Shown: piece by piece, positions 1 through 8,345 of the stretch
Layout of the letters: each line of letters opens with the position of its first letter
How positions within the stretch are numbered: position 1 is the stretch's first letter
Origin: Terriglobia bacterium
Lineage (GTDB): Bacteria > Acidobacteriota > Terriglobia > 2-12-FULL-54-10
Length of the DNA: 64,000 nucleotides
Assembly: GCA_963666975.2 (NCBI GenBank)
Contig: CAXVYR010000004.1
Span: 1,312,001 to 1,376,000, forward strand
Reading direction: 5' to 3'
Position numbers and translations under genes: made by a program
Notes under the pieces: generated by a model
What the model was told of the DNA's origin: nothing
Seen by the model: the letters and a program-made list of their open reading frames with translations, nothing else
Databases searched by the model: none

Positions 1-1
1 C

Positions 2-1033
2 CCGGATAATTTCGCCCTCCCCCATTCGGTTGAAATCAAAATTGTCGAGGGATTGGTCAAATAAGTACGTAAAATCGAGCCTGTGCCTCGGCAGATTTTC
101 CGGACGCTTAATATCGGGGTGAAAGTATTCCGAGGGGACAGTGACGTCGGTGTGATAACGACCAATGTATTCGCAATAGTTCTTGTCGGCCAATATGGTT
201 GGGAGTTGGACGGGGCACTTAGGCAGGTCTCGTGAATTTGGAGGCAGGGGAATCAACCGCGTGGCTTTCCCGGACGGGCCTTCTGATGCTAGCGCAATTG
301 TCCGCATAGCAAGTTCCAGAGCTTTTTCAAGGGAGTCGATCTTCGGGATTTGGAACTCATCGGACGCCGTCCCCATCACCTCCTCTAGGTCGCGCATCGC
401 GTTTGCTAATTTTCCCGATTTCACCATATGACCTACGGAATTTACAGAGAATGCGATGCCTGCTGGGAATCGATGATCCTGCCACCAACGCTTGTCGCCT
501 TGCGAGGAGAAATAGTTGACACCAGCGAGCCACTCCCATGTCGTACGACGGGAGCCCGGTTGTTCGAGTTTGATTCGATCCGTGTAAACCCCGTCGGGCT
601 CTATCTGTTCATGTAAATAAAGAGAGCAAATCCTCAATGCTATTTCCTTGACGGTTTGATCAGGTACTGCATTGACAAGTCGTTCCGAAAGCAGAACGGT
701 AATAAATCCGCTCGCAATGCCATCGAAGGCCATCTTTTTCCATGCCCGCCGCGACTTTTGGATCTTCCTTTCCATTGCTTCGTCAGGACCAAGAAGATCA
801 CTCTCTTTCAAAAGGCAATAACTTATAAGCCCTTTTTTGGCTGCAACCCGACCGAATAAACAAGGTTGGTGCACTTGCAGCCACTTATTTAGTTCACTGA
901 CGATGGAGTCATCCTGAGAGGCGGGATTTAATACCGTTGCAAGCGTTTTCTTAACTTCGGGAGTAAAGCCGACCTCGTTACGCCACTGGTCTTCTTTCAG
1001 AAGGCTCATCAATCCCGAAATCTGCGATGCCAT
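2..1033 (-). CDS. Uncharacterised protein, >=344 aa, runs off the left edge (absent from the ORF track)
   Basis: Hand translation from ATG at 1033, with GGAGG 4 nt upstream, is open to the window edge: MASQISGLMSLLKEDQWRNEVG...WLQVHQPCLFGRVAAKK...VNYFSSQGDKRWWQDHRFPAGIAFSVNSVGHM...YIGRYHTDVTVPSEYF... More AT-rich than the backbone. Confidence 0.85.
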   Translation of the reverse strand, partial: MASQISGLMSLLKEDQWRNEVGFTPEVKKTLATVLNPASQDDSIVSELNKWLQVHQPCLFGRVAAKKGLISYCLLKESDLLGPDEAMERKIQKSRRAWKKMAFDGIASGFITVLLSERLVNAVPDQTVKEIALRICSLYLHEQIEPDGVYTDRIKLEQPGSRRTTWEWLAGVNYFSSQGDKRWWQDHRFPAGIAFSVNSVGHMVKSGKLANAMRDLEEVMGTASDEFQIPKIDSLEKALELAMRTIALASEGPSGKATRLIPLPPNSRDLPKCPVQLPTILADKNYCEYIGRYHTDVTVPSEYFHPDIKRPENLPRHRLDFTYLFDQSLDNFDFNRMGEGEIIR

Positions 1034-1072
1034 CGAGCCTCCGTCATCTAGAGAGAAGCAGAAGTTGGCCTT

Positions 1073-1186
1073 AGGTACTTCCCGCTATGATACCACGGGG
1101 AACGAGTACGCTGATTCAGCGATGAAGCAAAGTTGGCCAGGTACTTCCCGCTATGATACCACGGGGAACGAGTACGCTGATTCAGC
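1073..1186. repeat. 48-bp exact direct repeat x2 (1073-1120, 1139-1186; period 66)
   Basis: AGGTACTTCCCGCTATGATACCACGGGGAACGAGTACGCTGATTCAGC occurs twice, each preceded by AAGCA(G)AAGTTGGCC. Confidence 0.95.
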
Positions 1187-1335
1187 AAAACAGTTTCTGA
1201 TCGGTTCCCGTCGCGCCCTCCACAAGATGCTCGTGCGGTGGATCACCCCACTCCAGCCCCCTCGGGGCGGGAACCTGGAAGAAGCTCTCCGGCAGGGTGG
1301 AATTGGAAGGGGGTAGGATTTTGGCTGGTGGTGGC

Positions 1336-1356
1336 CGAATCCCACCCTCGCCGCCA
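1336..1356 (+). other. tRNA 3'-end fragment (att-like remnant, tRNA-Ser type)
   Basis: CGAATCCCACCCTCGCCGCCA matches a T-loop, T-stem, acceptor 3' strand and CCA; no 5' half present. Confidence 0.6.
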
Positions 1357-1562
1357 GAATTCTCTCCGCATTTTCAGCAGGGAGGAGTAGGCCCTCCGGC
1401 CCTATCGTAGTAGAATCGCGGCTGGAAAATCTCTTTCGGCTTTGCGGTTTGCCGCGCTCTCAAGAATGTTTTCAAATACACTCAGCTCGTGCCTGTCAGG
1501 GCTCGAACCTGTCAGACGAAGCCCCCGTCGGAAACAAGGCCGGCAGGAAAGGATGTGAATCC

Positions 1563-1955
1563 ATGTTCTGCAGAAATTGCGGTAAAGAAGTGCCCGAGCA
1601 AGCTGTGATGTGCGTGTCCTGTGGGTGTCCCCCGAAAGACGGGAAGAAGTTCTGCCAGCAGTGCGGGGCCGAAACGACTCCCGCCGCCGATGTGTGCGTA
1701 AAATGCGGCGTCAAACTCGCCGTCGCCGTGCCTGCGGATGCAAAATCCAAATTGACGGCGGGGCTTCTCGGCATATTCCTAGGCGCGTTTGGAGTGCACC
1801 GCTTCTACCTGGGATACGTCGGCTTAGGAATCGTCCAAATCATCGTCACAATCATTACGCTCGGCCTCGGCGCGATTTGGGGATTTATTGAGGGCATTCT
1901 GATTCTGACAGGGTCCATGAACAAAGATGCCAAAGGGCAGCCTCTCAAGGAATGA
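1563..1955 (+). CDS. Double zinc-ribbon + TM2 domain membrane protein
   Basis: Four CxxC pairs (FCRNCG, CVSCG, FCQQCG, CVKCG) then KSKLTAGLLGIFLGAFGVHRFYLG (TM2 motif); ATG 1563. Confidence 0.9.
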   Translation: MFCRNCGKEVPEQAVMCVSCGCPPKDGKKFCQQCGAETTPAADVCVKCGVKLAVAVPADAKSKLTAGLLGIFLGAFGVHRFYLGYVGLGIVQIIVTIITLGLGAIWGFIEGILILTGSMNKDAKGQPLKE

Positions 1956-2119
1956 GCGCGAGATACTTCGCCGGACGCAGGCTACCCGCTACGCCGCCAC
2001 CGTCGAATCTAACCCATCCAGTTCGCGACCTTCCTCCGGCGCTCAGATTGTAGAGTGCACAAAGCGAGGGAAGGCCTTCATCGCCTCACTATGGTCTCAG
2101 CGGTTGCAGCTCGTTGTTT

Positions 2120-2515
2120 TTAGCGGTTGGCGAGAATCGGAAGACCCTTGGTCCCGATGAGCCGCTTATCGGCCGTGACGAGCGTCAGCCCGAAGACCCT
2201 GGCCGTGGCTGCGAGAAACCGGTCGGCTGGGTCTCGATGGGGGAGTTGAACCCGCCGAATTTCCAGCGCCACTTCGTGAGTGAGCGGAGCTTCCTTGAGC
2301 GGCACTTCCTGGAGCGCCCGTCTGATCCATTCCGCCGTTCCGACATTCGCTGCAATCCGCCCCGCTTCCCCTAGCATCAGCAACTCCCATAAGCTGATGG
2401 GCGACAACCAGGATTCGTTATCCGGATTTCCCAGAGTCTTACGCACATGGGCACTTAGCTTCTCCGGTTCAATCAGGCTCCAAATCCAGATGTGGGTGTC
2501 CAGCAGCAGCTTCAC
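2120..2515 (-). CDS. vapC: PIN-domain VapC-type toxin
   Basis: LLLDTHIWIW...SPISLWE...HRDPADRFLAATA...LVTAD; GTG start overlaps the antitoxin TAG. Confidence 0.92.
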   Translation of the reverse strand: MKLLLDTHIWIWSLIEPEKLSAHVRKTLGNPDNESWLSPISLWELLMLGEAGRIAANVGTAEWIRRALQEVPLKEAPLTHEVALEIRRVQLPHRDPADRFLAATARVFGLTLVTADKRLIGTKGLPILANR

Positions 2516-2754
2516 TAGCGGAGCGCCTCCCAATCCTGCTCGTCCCCGATGGGTGAGACGATGTCGCCTCGAATTTGCGCTGTGCCTTTCATGCAGCCCA
2601 GCCAGCGCTTAGGGCGGGCCGGTGGCGGTGGCGGAACGATTTCCGCAACCGGCTTCCCAAAACGGGTCACCAGAACAGGCTTCCGCGTGCGGCGCACGCC
2701 TTCCAGCACCGCCAGGCATTTCGCCTTAAATTTGGAAATGGCTATTTCTTCCAT
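2515..2754 (-). CDS. Phd/YefM-family antitoxin
   Basis: MEEIAISKFKAKCLAVLEGVRRTRKPVLVTRFGKPVAEIVP; coupled to the PIN toxin. Confidence 0.9.
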   Translation of the reverse strand: MEEIAISKFKAKCLAVLEGVRRTRKPVLVTRFGKPVAEIVPPPPPARPKRWLGCMKGTAQIRGDIVSPIGDEQDWEALR

Positions 2755-2774
2755 AGTACCGGTTCTCCAAATAG

Positions 2775-2803
2775 ATTGTACTATGGTCAAAGACCATGGT
2801 CAA
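2775..2803 (-). promoter_or_regulatory. Sigma70 promoter with overlapping operator palindromes for the TA operon
   Basis: Minus strand TTGACC-N17-TACAAT; inverted repeat ATGGTC-AAA-GACCAT (2783-2797) and palindrome GACCATGGTC (2792-2801). Confidence 0.75.
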
Positions 2804-2835
2804 TTAAGAACCTGGCAAGCACATTCGCTTGGTGC

Positions 2836-2882
2836 CTTGAAAACCGTTGACGGTCCGTGGGTTGAATCCCCCCTCACCGCCA
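2836..2882 (+). pseudogene. Degenerate tRNA-Ser(TGA) 3' half (att-like remnant)
   Basis: CTTGAAAACCG (anticodon loop and stem), then CCGTGGGTT-GAATCCCCCCTCACCGCCA; T-loop C missing, variable arm short, no 5' half. Confidence 0.6.
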
Positions 2883-2911
2883 TAGTCGGTTTGCCGCTAC
2901 CCCAGTTCAAG

Positions 2912-3127
2912 CTACAAAATGGCAGTCTCTATATACTGGCAGTGCGTGGAGGGTTCGGGGATGGGCAGCCCTTCTTCTCTCAAGCCCTCCAAGTGAAGTT
3001 CGATCGCTTCTTTTATATGGCGCTCGACCGCTTCCAACGTCTTTCCCGTAGAGACGTAACCTGGAAGGTCGGGAACATAAGCCGAGTAGTTGTTCGGGCC
3101 TTTCTCGATGATCACAGCGTATTTCAT
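2912..3127 (-). CDS. hicB: HicB-family antitoxin (short, no adjacent hicA)
   Basis: MKYAVIIEKGPNNYSAYVPDLPGYVSTGKTLEAVERHIKEAIELHLEGLREEGLPIPEP. Confidence 0.85.
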   Translation of the reverse strand: MKYAVIIEKGPNNYSAYVPDLPGYVSTGKTLEAVERHIKEAIELHLEGLREEGLPIPEPSTHCQYIETAIL

Positions 3128-3178
3128 CGGTCCTCTTGTTTCACCTGTCACTGATGCGAGATTTTATGATGCAAGCCT

Positions 3179-4390
3179 TCACGTCCGGTAGCTCGCGTTG
3201 ATGCGGATGTACTCTTCCGTGAAGTCGCAGGTCCAGAAGCGCGCTGTAGCCTTCCCTCCCGGCAACACCATTCGGATGAGCACTTGCTTGCCGCGCAGTT
3301 GGCGCTGTGCGGCGGCCTCGCTGAACTTTGTCGCTCCTCCTTGGCGGCAGACCCGGATTCGGTTCAGGTAGATATCGGCGCTGCGCGGATCAAACTTCAC
3401 CCCGGCGTTGCCCGCGGCGGAAAGAATCCGTCCCCAATTGGGGTCCGCTCCGGCCAGGGCGGTCTTGACCAGCGACGAAAGAGCAATCGCACGGGCCAGC
3501 GCCTCCGCCTGTTTTTCCGATGCCGCTCCCTCCACGCGAATCTCCGCCACCCGGCGCGCGCCCTCGCCGTCGGCGACCATCGCGATGGCCAACTGCTGCG
3601 CGATCTCGGTCAATGTTTGGAGAAACTTTTTTCCGGCGGGACTTTTTTTCGTAATGGCCCGATTCCCGGCCATTCCGTTGGCCATGAGATAGACCGTATC
3701 GTTCGGAGAGGTGTCGCCGTCCACGGAGATGCGGTTGAAGCTGGCCGCGCACATGCGGCGCGCCGCCGCCTGCAGGAAGCGAGGATCGAGGGCCGCGTCG
3801 GTGAAGAAAAATCCCAGCATCGTCGCCATGCGCGGATGGATCATCCCCGCGCCTTTTGCCATGCCCAGGATCGTGATGCGGCGGCCTGCCAGAGGAATCG
3901 TGCGGGAGACCACCTTGGGCCGTGTGTCGGTGGTCAGAATGGCGCGGGATACGGCGTGAACCGCCTGGGGATGCATCCGGCGAACCAGCGCCGGAAGCAG
4001 CCCTGTGATGCGGCGCGACTCGAGCGGCACGCCGATGACGCCGGTCGATGCCACGAGCACCTGCTCCGGGCGGATGTGGAAAAGTTCGGCGGCCTTCGCG
4101 GCGCACTGCCGGGCCGCGCGCGCCCCTTGCGCGCCGGTGGCGCAGTTGGCGTTTCCCGCGTTGACCAGGATTGCCCGCGCAGCGCCGCGGTTGCGCCGTA
4201 GATGGTCTCGTGAAATCTCAATGGGCGCGGCCTGCAGGCGGTTGGTGGTGAACAGCGCCGCCACGCGCGCCGGGACCATCGAGTAGATCAAGGCCACATC
4301 CGGTCCGTGACCGTGCGTGCGCAGCCCGCCATCGCCTGCGGCGAAAAGAAAACCTTTCGGGAGTGGAATGTTTTTGGTCGCTTTGGTCAT
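3179..4390 (-). CDS. argJ: Glutamate N-acetyltransferase / ornithine acetyltransferase
   Basis: NAGNANCATG, ASTGVIG, ILTTDT, KGAGMIHPRMATML, VDGDTSPND, DGEGA, DPNWGRI, INASYRT. Confidence 0.97.
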   Translation of the reverse strand: MTKATKNIPLPKGFLFAAGDGGLRTHGHGPDVALIYSMVPARVAALFTTNRLQAAPIEISRDHLRRNRGAARAILVNAGNANCATGAQGARAARQCAAKAAELFHIRPEQVLVASTGVIGVPLESRRITGLLPALVRRMHPQAVHAVSRAILTTDTRPKVVSRTIPLAGRRITILGMAKGAGMIHPRMATMLGFFFTDAALDPRFLQAAARRMCAASFNRISVDGDTSPNDTVYLMANGMAGNRAITKKSPAGKKFLQTLTEIAQQLAIAMVADGEGARRVAEIRVEGAASEKQAEALARAIALSSLVKTALAGADPNWGRILSAAGNAGVKFDPRSADIYLNRIRVCRQGGATKFSEAAAQRQLRGKQVLIRMVLPGGKATARFWTCDFTEEYIRINASYRT

Positions 4391-4527
4391 TAGGCTTTTC
4401 GGGCTTTCAGGGCTTTTGGGAGCGGTCAGTTTACCGCAACAGGCGCAGGGGGCAAGGCAAAAAAACCATTCGATGCATTGGAGTGCGCAACGTATTGAAG
4501 ATCACATCATATAGTGGCGATGCTTTC

Positions 4528-4691
4528 CGTCAGGGCACGCCTTCAGGCGTGCCGTTACCTCGTGGCGTTTTGTGCGCTTTAGCGCCTGAGGTGCACCTTC
4601 CGGTGCTGCCCCGTGGGATGGCTCAGGCCTCAGCGGCTGAAGCCGCTCTGTGAACTCCTCCTGGCGGCACGGTTGAAACCGTGCCCTGACG
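4528..4691. repeat. REPIN/MITE-like element with 12-bp terminal inverted repeats
   Basis: CGTCAGGGCACG...CGTGCCCTGACG; internal hairpins GGCACGCCTTCAGGCGTGCC, GCGGCTGAAGCCGC, GGCACGGTTGAAACCGTGCC. The last recurs at about 39234-39263. Confidence 0.8.
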
Positions 4692-4743
4692 ATTCCTCTC
4701 CTTGTCGCTATGTTATGCGAAATTCAATAGGAGCTGTCCGGCC

Positions 4744-5886
4744 TCAGAGGCTGGCGATCAAATGCGCCAGCAAGGCGGCGCGGCGGGGCAGCTCCCGCAG
4801 CAGGATGTTTTCGTGAGGCGCGTGCGCGCCTTCGCCGACGCCTCCCAGCCCGTCCAGAGTGGGGACTCCCAGGGCAGCCGTGAAGTTGCCGTCCGAGCCG
4901 CCTCCCACGGCGGCCTCTAGCAGCTCAATGCCCAGCGGACGGGCCAGCGCGCGCGCCCGCTGGAAGAGCTGGGCGACCTGCCGCGTTCGTTCGAGCGGCG
5001 GGCGATTCTTCCCGCTGGAGACTTTCATGCTCGTTCGCCGGTCGGCGGGTTGGAGCGACCGAATCTTCCTTTCAATCTCCCGCTGGTCCCGAATCCTGGC
5101 AACGCGCACGTCCACCACAGCGGAGGCCTCCGCTGCGACGACGTTCGAGCGGGTGCCGCCGGAGATCACTCCCACGTTTACGGTGATGCCCCTGCGCCGG
5201 TCGGCGAATTGCTTCACTCGTAAAACCTGCCGGGCCAGTTCCTCGATGGCGCTTGCCCCCTTTTCCGGGTCCAGCCCGGCATGAGCGGCGCGCCCTTTTA
5301 TTTGAATTTCGAATTCGCCGACACCCTTTCGGGAAGTCTTCAACGCTCCCTTCAATCCATGGGCCGGCTCCATCACCAGGACGCAGTCGCTGCGGCGCGC
5401 CTCGCGTTCCGTGAGGGGACGGGAGGCGAGGCTTCCGGTCTCCTCATCGGAGGTGAGCAGCAGAACGACTTTTTTCTTCACAGGGATGCGCAGTGTCCGC
5501 AGGGCGCGCAGCGCGAACAGGGCGGCGACGATTCCCGATTTCATGTCGAACACGCCCGGACCATAAACGCGTCCCTGCCGCACGCGGAACGGCATGCGGG
5601 CAATCGTGCCGCAGTCCCAGACCGTGTCCATGTGTCCCAGCAGCAGGATCTGGCCGGACGTTCGCACCGGCCCCAGCCGAAACTCCGCCCGCAGATGGTT
5701 GCCGGTCTGCCGGGAAGGGAAAACCCGGACGCGGGCCTGCATCCGGCGAGCAATCCCGCCTATCATCGCCCCGAAGTGGTCAACAGCGGCTTTGTCCGTG
5801 CTGGGGGATTCAGCCTCGACCAATCGCCGGAGCATCTTCACCATCTCGCCCTGTTGAGCCTGGAGGGTGCGCAAAATGGAATCCAT
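4744..5886 (-). CDS. M20 family metallopeptidase (carboxypeptidase G2-like)
   Basis: LLGHMDTVW, GPGVFDMKSG, SDEETGS, MEP, GRAAHAG, GGGSDGNFT, GAHAPHE. Confidence 0.92.
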   Translation of the reverse strand: MDSILRTLQAQQGEMVKMLRRLVEAESPSTDKAAVDHFGAMIGGIARRMQARVRVFPSRQTGNHLRAEFRLGPVRTSGQILLLGHMDTVWDCGTIARMPFRVRQGRVYGPGVFDMKSGIVAALFALRALRTLRIPVKKKVVLLLTSDEETGSLASRPLTEREARRSDCVLVMEPAHGLKGALKTSRKGVGEFEIQIKGRAAHAGLDPEKGASAIEELARQVLRVKQFADRRRGITVNVGVISGGTRSNVVAAEASAVVDVRVARIRDQREIERKIRSLQPADRRTSMKVSSGKNRPPLERTRQVAQLFQRARALARPLGIELLEAAVGGGSDGNFTAALGVPTLDGLGGVGEGAHAPHENILLRELPRRAALLAHLIASL

Positions 5887-6082
5887 CGAGGTTACTCCAG
5901 AATCCTTCTGAATCACACATCAATTCGAATATAATCAACTAGATTCCGGAAACAAAGCGGCATGTTCCGAGCAGAACCCCTGAAAGCAGCTTCATCTGGG
6001 GAGCGGAGATCAGCAGCCTTTTTGTTACCATACCGGAATGCCCGCGGAGTCTCGCAGAATGGAGCGCCTAGAATAAAACACC

Positions 6083-6556
6083 ATGACCCTCGATATCAAT
6101 GAGATACAGAAAATCCTGCCGCACCGTCCTCCGTTCCTGCTGGTGGACCGCATCCTGGAACTGGAACCGCAGAAGCGAATTGTCGGAATCAAGAACGTGA
6201 CCATCAACGAGCCGTTCTTTGCCGGCCACTTCCCCAATTTCCCCGTAATGCCGGGCGTGCTGATTGTGGAGGCGATGGCGCAAACGGGCGGCGTGCTGGT
6301 GCTGCGCGACGTGCCGGAGGCGGATTCGAAGCTGGTGTTTTTCGCCGCCATCGAGGAGGCCAAATTCCGGCGGCCCGTTTTTCCCGGCGATCAATTGCGC
6401 CTGGAGGTGGAGGTCCTGACGCGGCGGAACACCTTCTGCCGAATGCAGGGCAAGGCATGGGTTGACCAACGGTTGGCCGCAGAAGCGGTGATCCTGTGCA
6501 AGATAGCAGAAAGGCCAGCAGAAAAGACAGCGGACAAAACACCGGAGAAGTCTTGA
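6083..6556 (+). CDS. fabZ: 3-hydroxyacyl-ACP dehydratase
   Basis: [42 protein letters not shown]. Confidence 0.97.
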   Translation: MTLDINEIQKILPHRPPFLLVDRILELEPQKRIVGIKNVTINEPFFAGHFPNFPVMPGVLIVEAMAQTGGVLVLRDVPEADSKLVFFAAIEEAKFRRPVFPGDQLRLEVEVLTRRNTFCRMQGKAWVDQRLAAEAVILCKIAERPAEKTADKTPEKS

Positions 6557-7386
6557 TGAGCGGAGTCGATCTGGAGCGGGTGCATCCCAGCGCGGTCGTC
6601 CATCCCGGCGCGAAGTTGGGCGCGAACGTCCGCGTGGGCCCCTACTGCATTCTCGGCGAAGAAGTGGAGATCGAGGACGGCTGCGAGCTGATGGCGCACG
6701 TCTACATGGACGGCCCTTTGCGCGTGGGCCCCGGCAACCGCTTCTTCCCCTATTCCTCGATTGGCGTCGTGCCGCAGGATTTGAAGTTTCGCGGGGAGCG
6801 CACCGAGACGGTGATCGGCAGGGAGAACACCTTCCGCGAGTTCATCACCGTGCACCGGGGGACGGCGGGCGGCGGCAGCCTCACACGCATCGGCGACGGC
6901 AATCTCATCATGGCCTACGCCCACATCGCGCACGACTGCCTCGTCGGCGACCATACCGTCCTCGCCAACGGCACCACGCTCGCCGGGCATGTGGTGATCG
7001 AGGACTACGCCGTGATCGGCGCTTTCTCCGGCGTCCACCAATTCTGCCGCGTGGGACGCCACAGCCTGGTCGGCGGCTACAGCGTGATTACTCAGGACGT
7101 GCTGCCCTTTTCCAAGACCGTCTCGGAGAGGAAGGTTCACACCTACGGCGTCAACACGGTGGGTCTCGAGCGGCATGGGTTTTCCTCCGAGCGCCGTGGA
7201 AACCTGAGCCGCGCCTTTCGCCTCCTGCTCTCCTCCAAGCTGAACACCACGCAGGCGCTCGAAAAGATTCGCGAGGAGCTGGCCGGGTCGGAGGACGTGA
7301 AGGACTCAGAAGACATTAAAGACTCGGAAGATATTAAAGAATTGATCCGTTTTATTGAATCCTCCGAGCGGGGAGTGATCAAATGA
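6556..7386 (+). CDS. lpxA: UDP-GlcNAc (or GlcNAc3N) acyltransferase
   Basis: Hexapeptide repeats, PQDLKFRGE, HRGTAGG, AHIAHDC, HQFCRVG; ATG overlaps the fabZ stop. Confidence 0.96.
   Translation: MSGVDLERVHPSAVVHPGAKLGANVRVGPYCILGEEVEIEDGCELMAHVYMDGPLRVGPGNRFFPYSSIGVVPQDLKFRGERTETVIGRENTFREFITVHRGTAGGGSLTRIGDGNLIMAYAHIAHDCLVGDHTVLANGTTLAGHVVIEDYAVIGAFSGVHQFCRVGRHSLVGGYSVITQDVLPFSKTVSERKVHTYGVNTVGLERHGFSSERRGNLSRAFRLLLSSKLNTTQALEKIREELAGSEDVKDSEDIKDSEDIKELIRFIESSERGVIK
7288..7341 (+). repeat. In-frame 18-bp tandem repeat x3 in lpxA (SEDVKD SEDIKD SEDIKE)
   Basis: tcggaggacgtgaaggac tcagaagacattaaagac tcggaagatattaaagaa. Confidence 0.85.
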
Positions 7387-8243
7387 CCGCCGCCGCAGGC
7401 AGCCTGCCGCGCTACGGCCTCATCGCCGGCAGCGGCCAGTTTCCGTTGCTGGTTTTGGAGGCCGCACGCAGCCGGGGCATCCAGATGGTGGTGGCCGCCA
7501 TCCGGGAAGAGGCCGCCCCGGAGCTGGAGTCGCGCGCCGGTTGCTGCTACTGGCTGGGGCTGGGCGAGCTTTCGCGGCTGATTCAAATCTTCAAGGAGCA
7601 GGGCGTCAGCCGCGCGGTGATGGCCGGGCAGGTGAAACACAACAAAATATTTTCTTCCCTTCGCCCGGACTGGAAGTTGTTGCAGGTGCTGATGTCGCTC
7701 CCTCAGAAAAACACCAACTCGCTGATCGGAGGCGTGGCCAAGGTGCTCGGCGAAGAGGGCATCGTCCTGGAGGAGTCCACGCTGTTTCTGGAACCGCTGT
7801 TGGCCGGCGAGGGCGTGCTAACCCGGCGCGGGCCCAGCGCGGACGAGCAGGCCAATCTGGATTACGGAAGGAAGGTGGCGCGGGAGTTGGCCCGCTGGGA
7901 CATCGGGCAGACGGTTGTGGTGGGCGACAAGGCCTGTGTGGCCGTGGAGGCGATGGAGGGGACCGATGAGGTTATTCGCCGGGCCGCGCAACTTTCGCAA
8001 GGCAAGCCGCTGAGCGTGGTCAAGGTCTCAAAGCCCGGTCAGGATATGCGTTTTGACGTCCCCGTGGTGGGGTTGCCTACCATCGCCGTCATGAAGGAGT
8101 CGGGCGCTACAGCCTTGAGCGTGGACGCCGGGAAGACGCTGCTGTTTGACCGCGAGGAGTTGATCCGCCGGGCCGATGAGGCGGGCATCACCATTGTCGG
8201 CGTGGCCCCATCCGAGCCGCACCAATCCGAGCCGCGCGCGTAA
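7383..8243 (+). CDS. lpxI: UDP-2,3-diacylglucosamine pyrophosphatase LpxI
   Basis: GLIAGSGQFP, DIGQTVVV, VAVEAMEGTD, KPGQDMRFDVPVVG; follows lpxA. Confidence 0.93.
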   Translation: MTAAAGSLPRYGLIAGSGQFPLLVLEAARSRGIQMVVAAIREEAAPELESRAGCCYWLGLGELSRLIQIFKEQGVSRAVMAGQVKHNKIFSSLRPDWKLLQVLMSLPQKNTNSLIGGVAKVLGEEGIVLEESTLFLEPLLAGEGVLTRRGPSADEQANLDYGRKVARELARWDIGQTVVVGDKACVAVEAMEGTDEVIRRAAQLSQGKPLSVVKVSKPGQDMRFDVPVVGLPTIAVMKESGATALSVDAGKTLLFDREELIRRADEAGITIVGVAPSEPHQSEPRA

Positions 8244-8282
8244 GCAAGCGGGCCAATCCGAGCCGCGACCGCAAGGGAGCGG
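8212..8282 (+). repeat. REP family A cluster overlapping the lpxI 3' end
   Basis: CCGAGCCGC stub (8212), CCGAGCCGCGCGCGTAAGCAAGCGGG (8227-8252), CCGAGCCGCGACCGCAAGGGAGCGG (8258-8282). Confidence 0.8.
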
Positions 8283-8295
8283 ACAAAGCGGGTAG

Positions 8296-8331
8296 CCACG
8301 GCGAAGGCTTTATCTCGCCGTGGGCTTTTCT
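8296..8331 (+). terminator. Stem-loop with short T tract (terminator-like or another REP)
   Basis: CCACGGCGA-N10-TCGCCGTGG followed by GCTTTTCT. Confidence 0.4.
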
Positions 8332-8345
8332 CTATTGAGAAAGAA

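Noticed and set aside
1073-1186. 48-bp repeat pair as a mini-CRISPR
   Set aside because: Only two copies; the 18-nt gap resembles the sequence before copy 1, so it is a tandem unit and not a unique spacer; no cas genes in the window.
1065-1316. Plus-strand 83-aa ORF with repeated GTSRYDTTGNEYADSA as a RiPP precursor
   Set aside because: TTG start, no leader before the repeats, and no co-oriented maturase; explained by the DNA duplication.
2836-2882. Functional tRNA gene
   Set aside because: No acceptor 5' strand or D-arm and a damaged T-loop; kept only as an att-like remnant.
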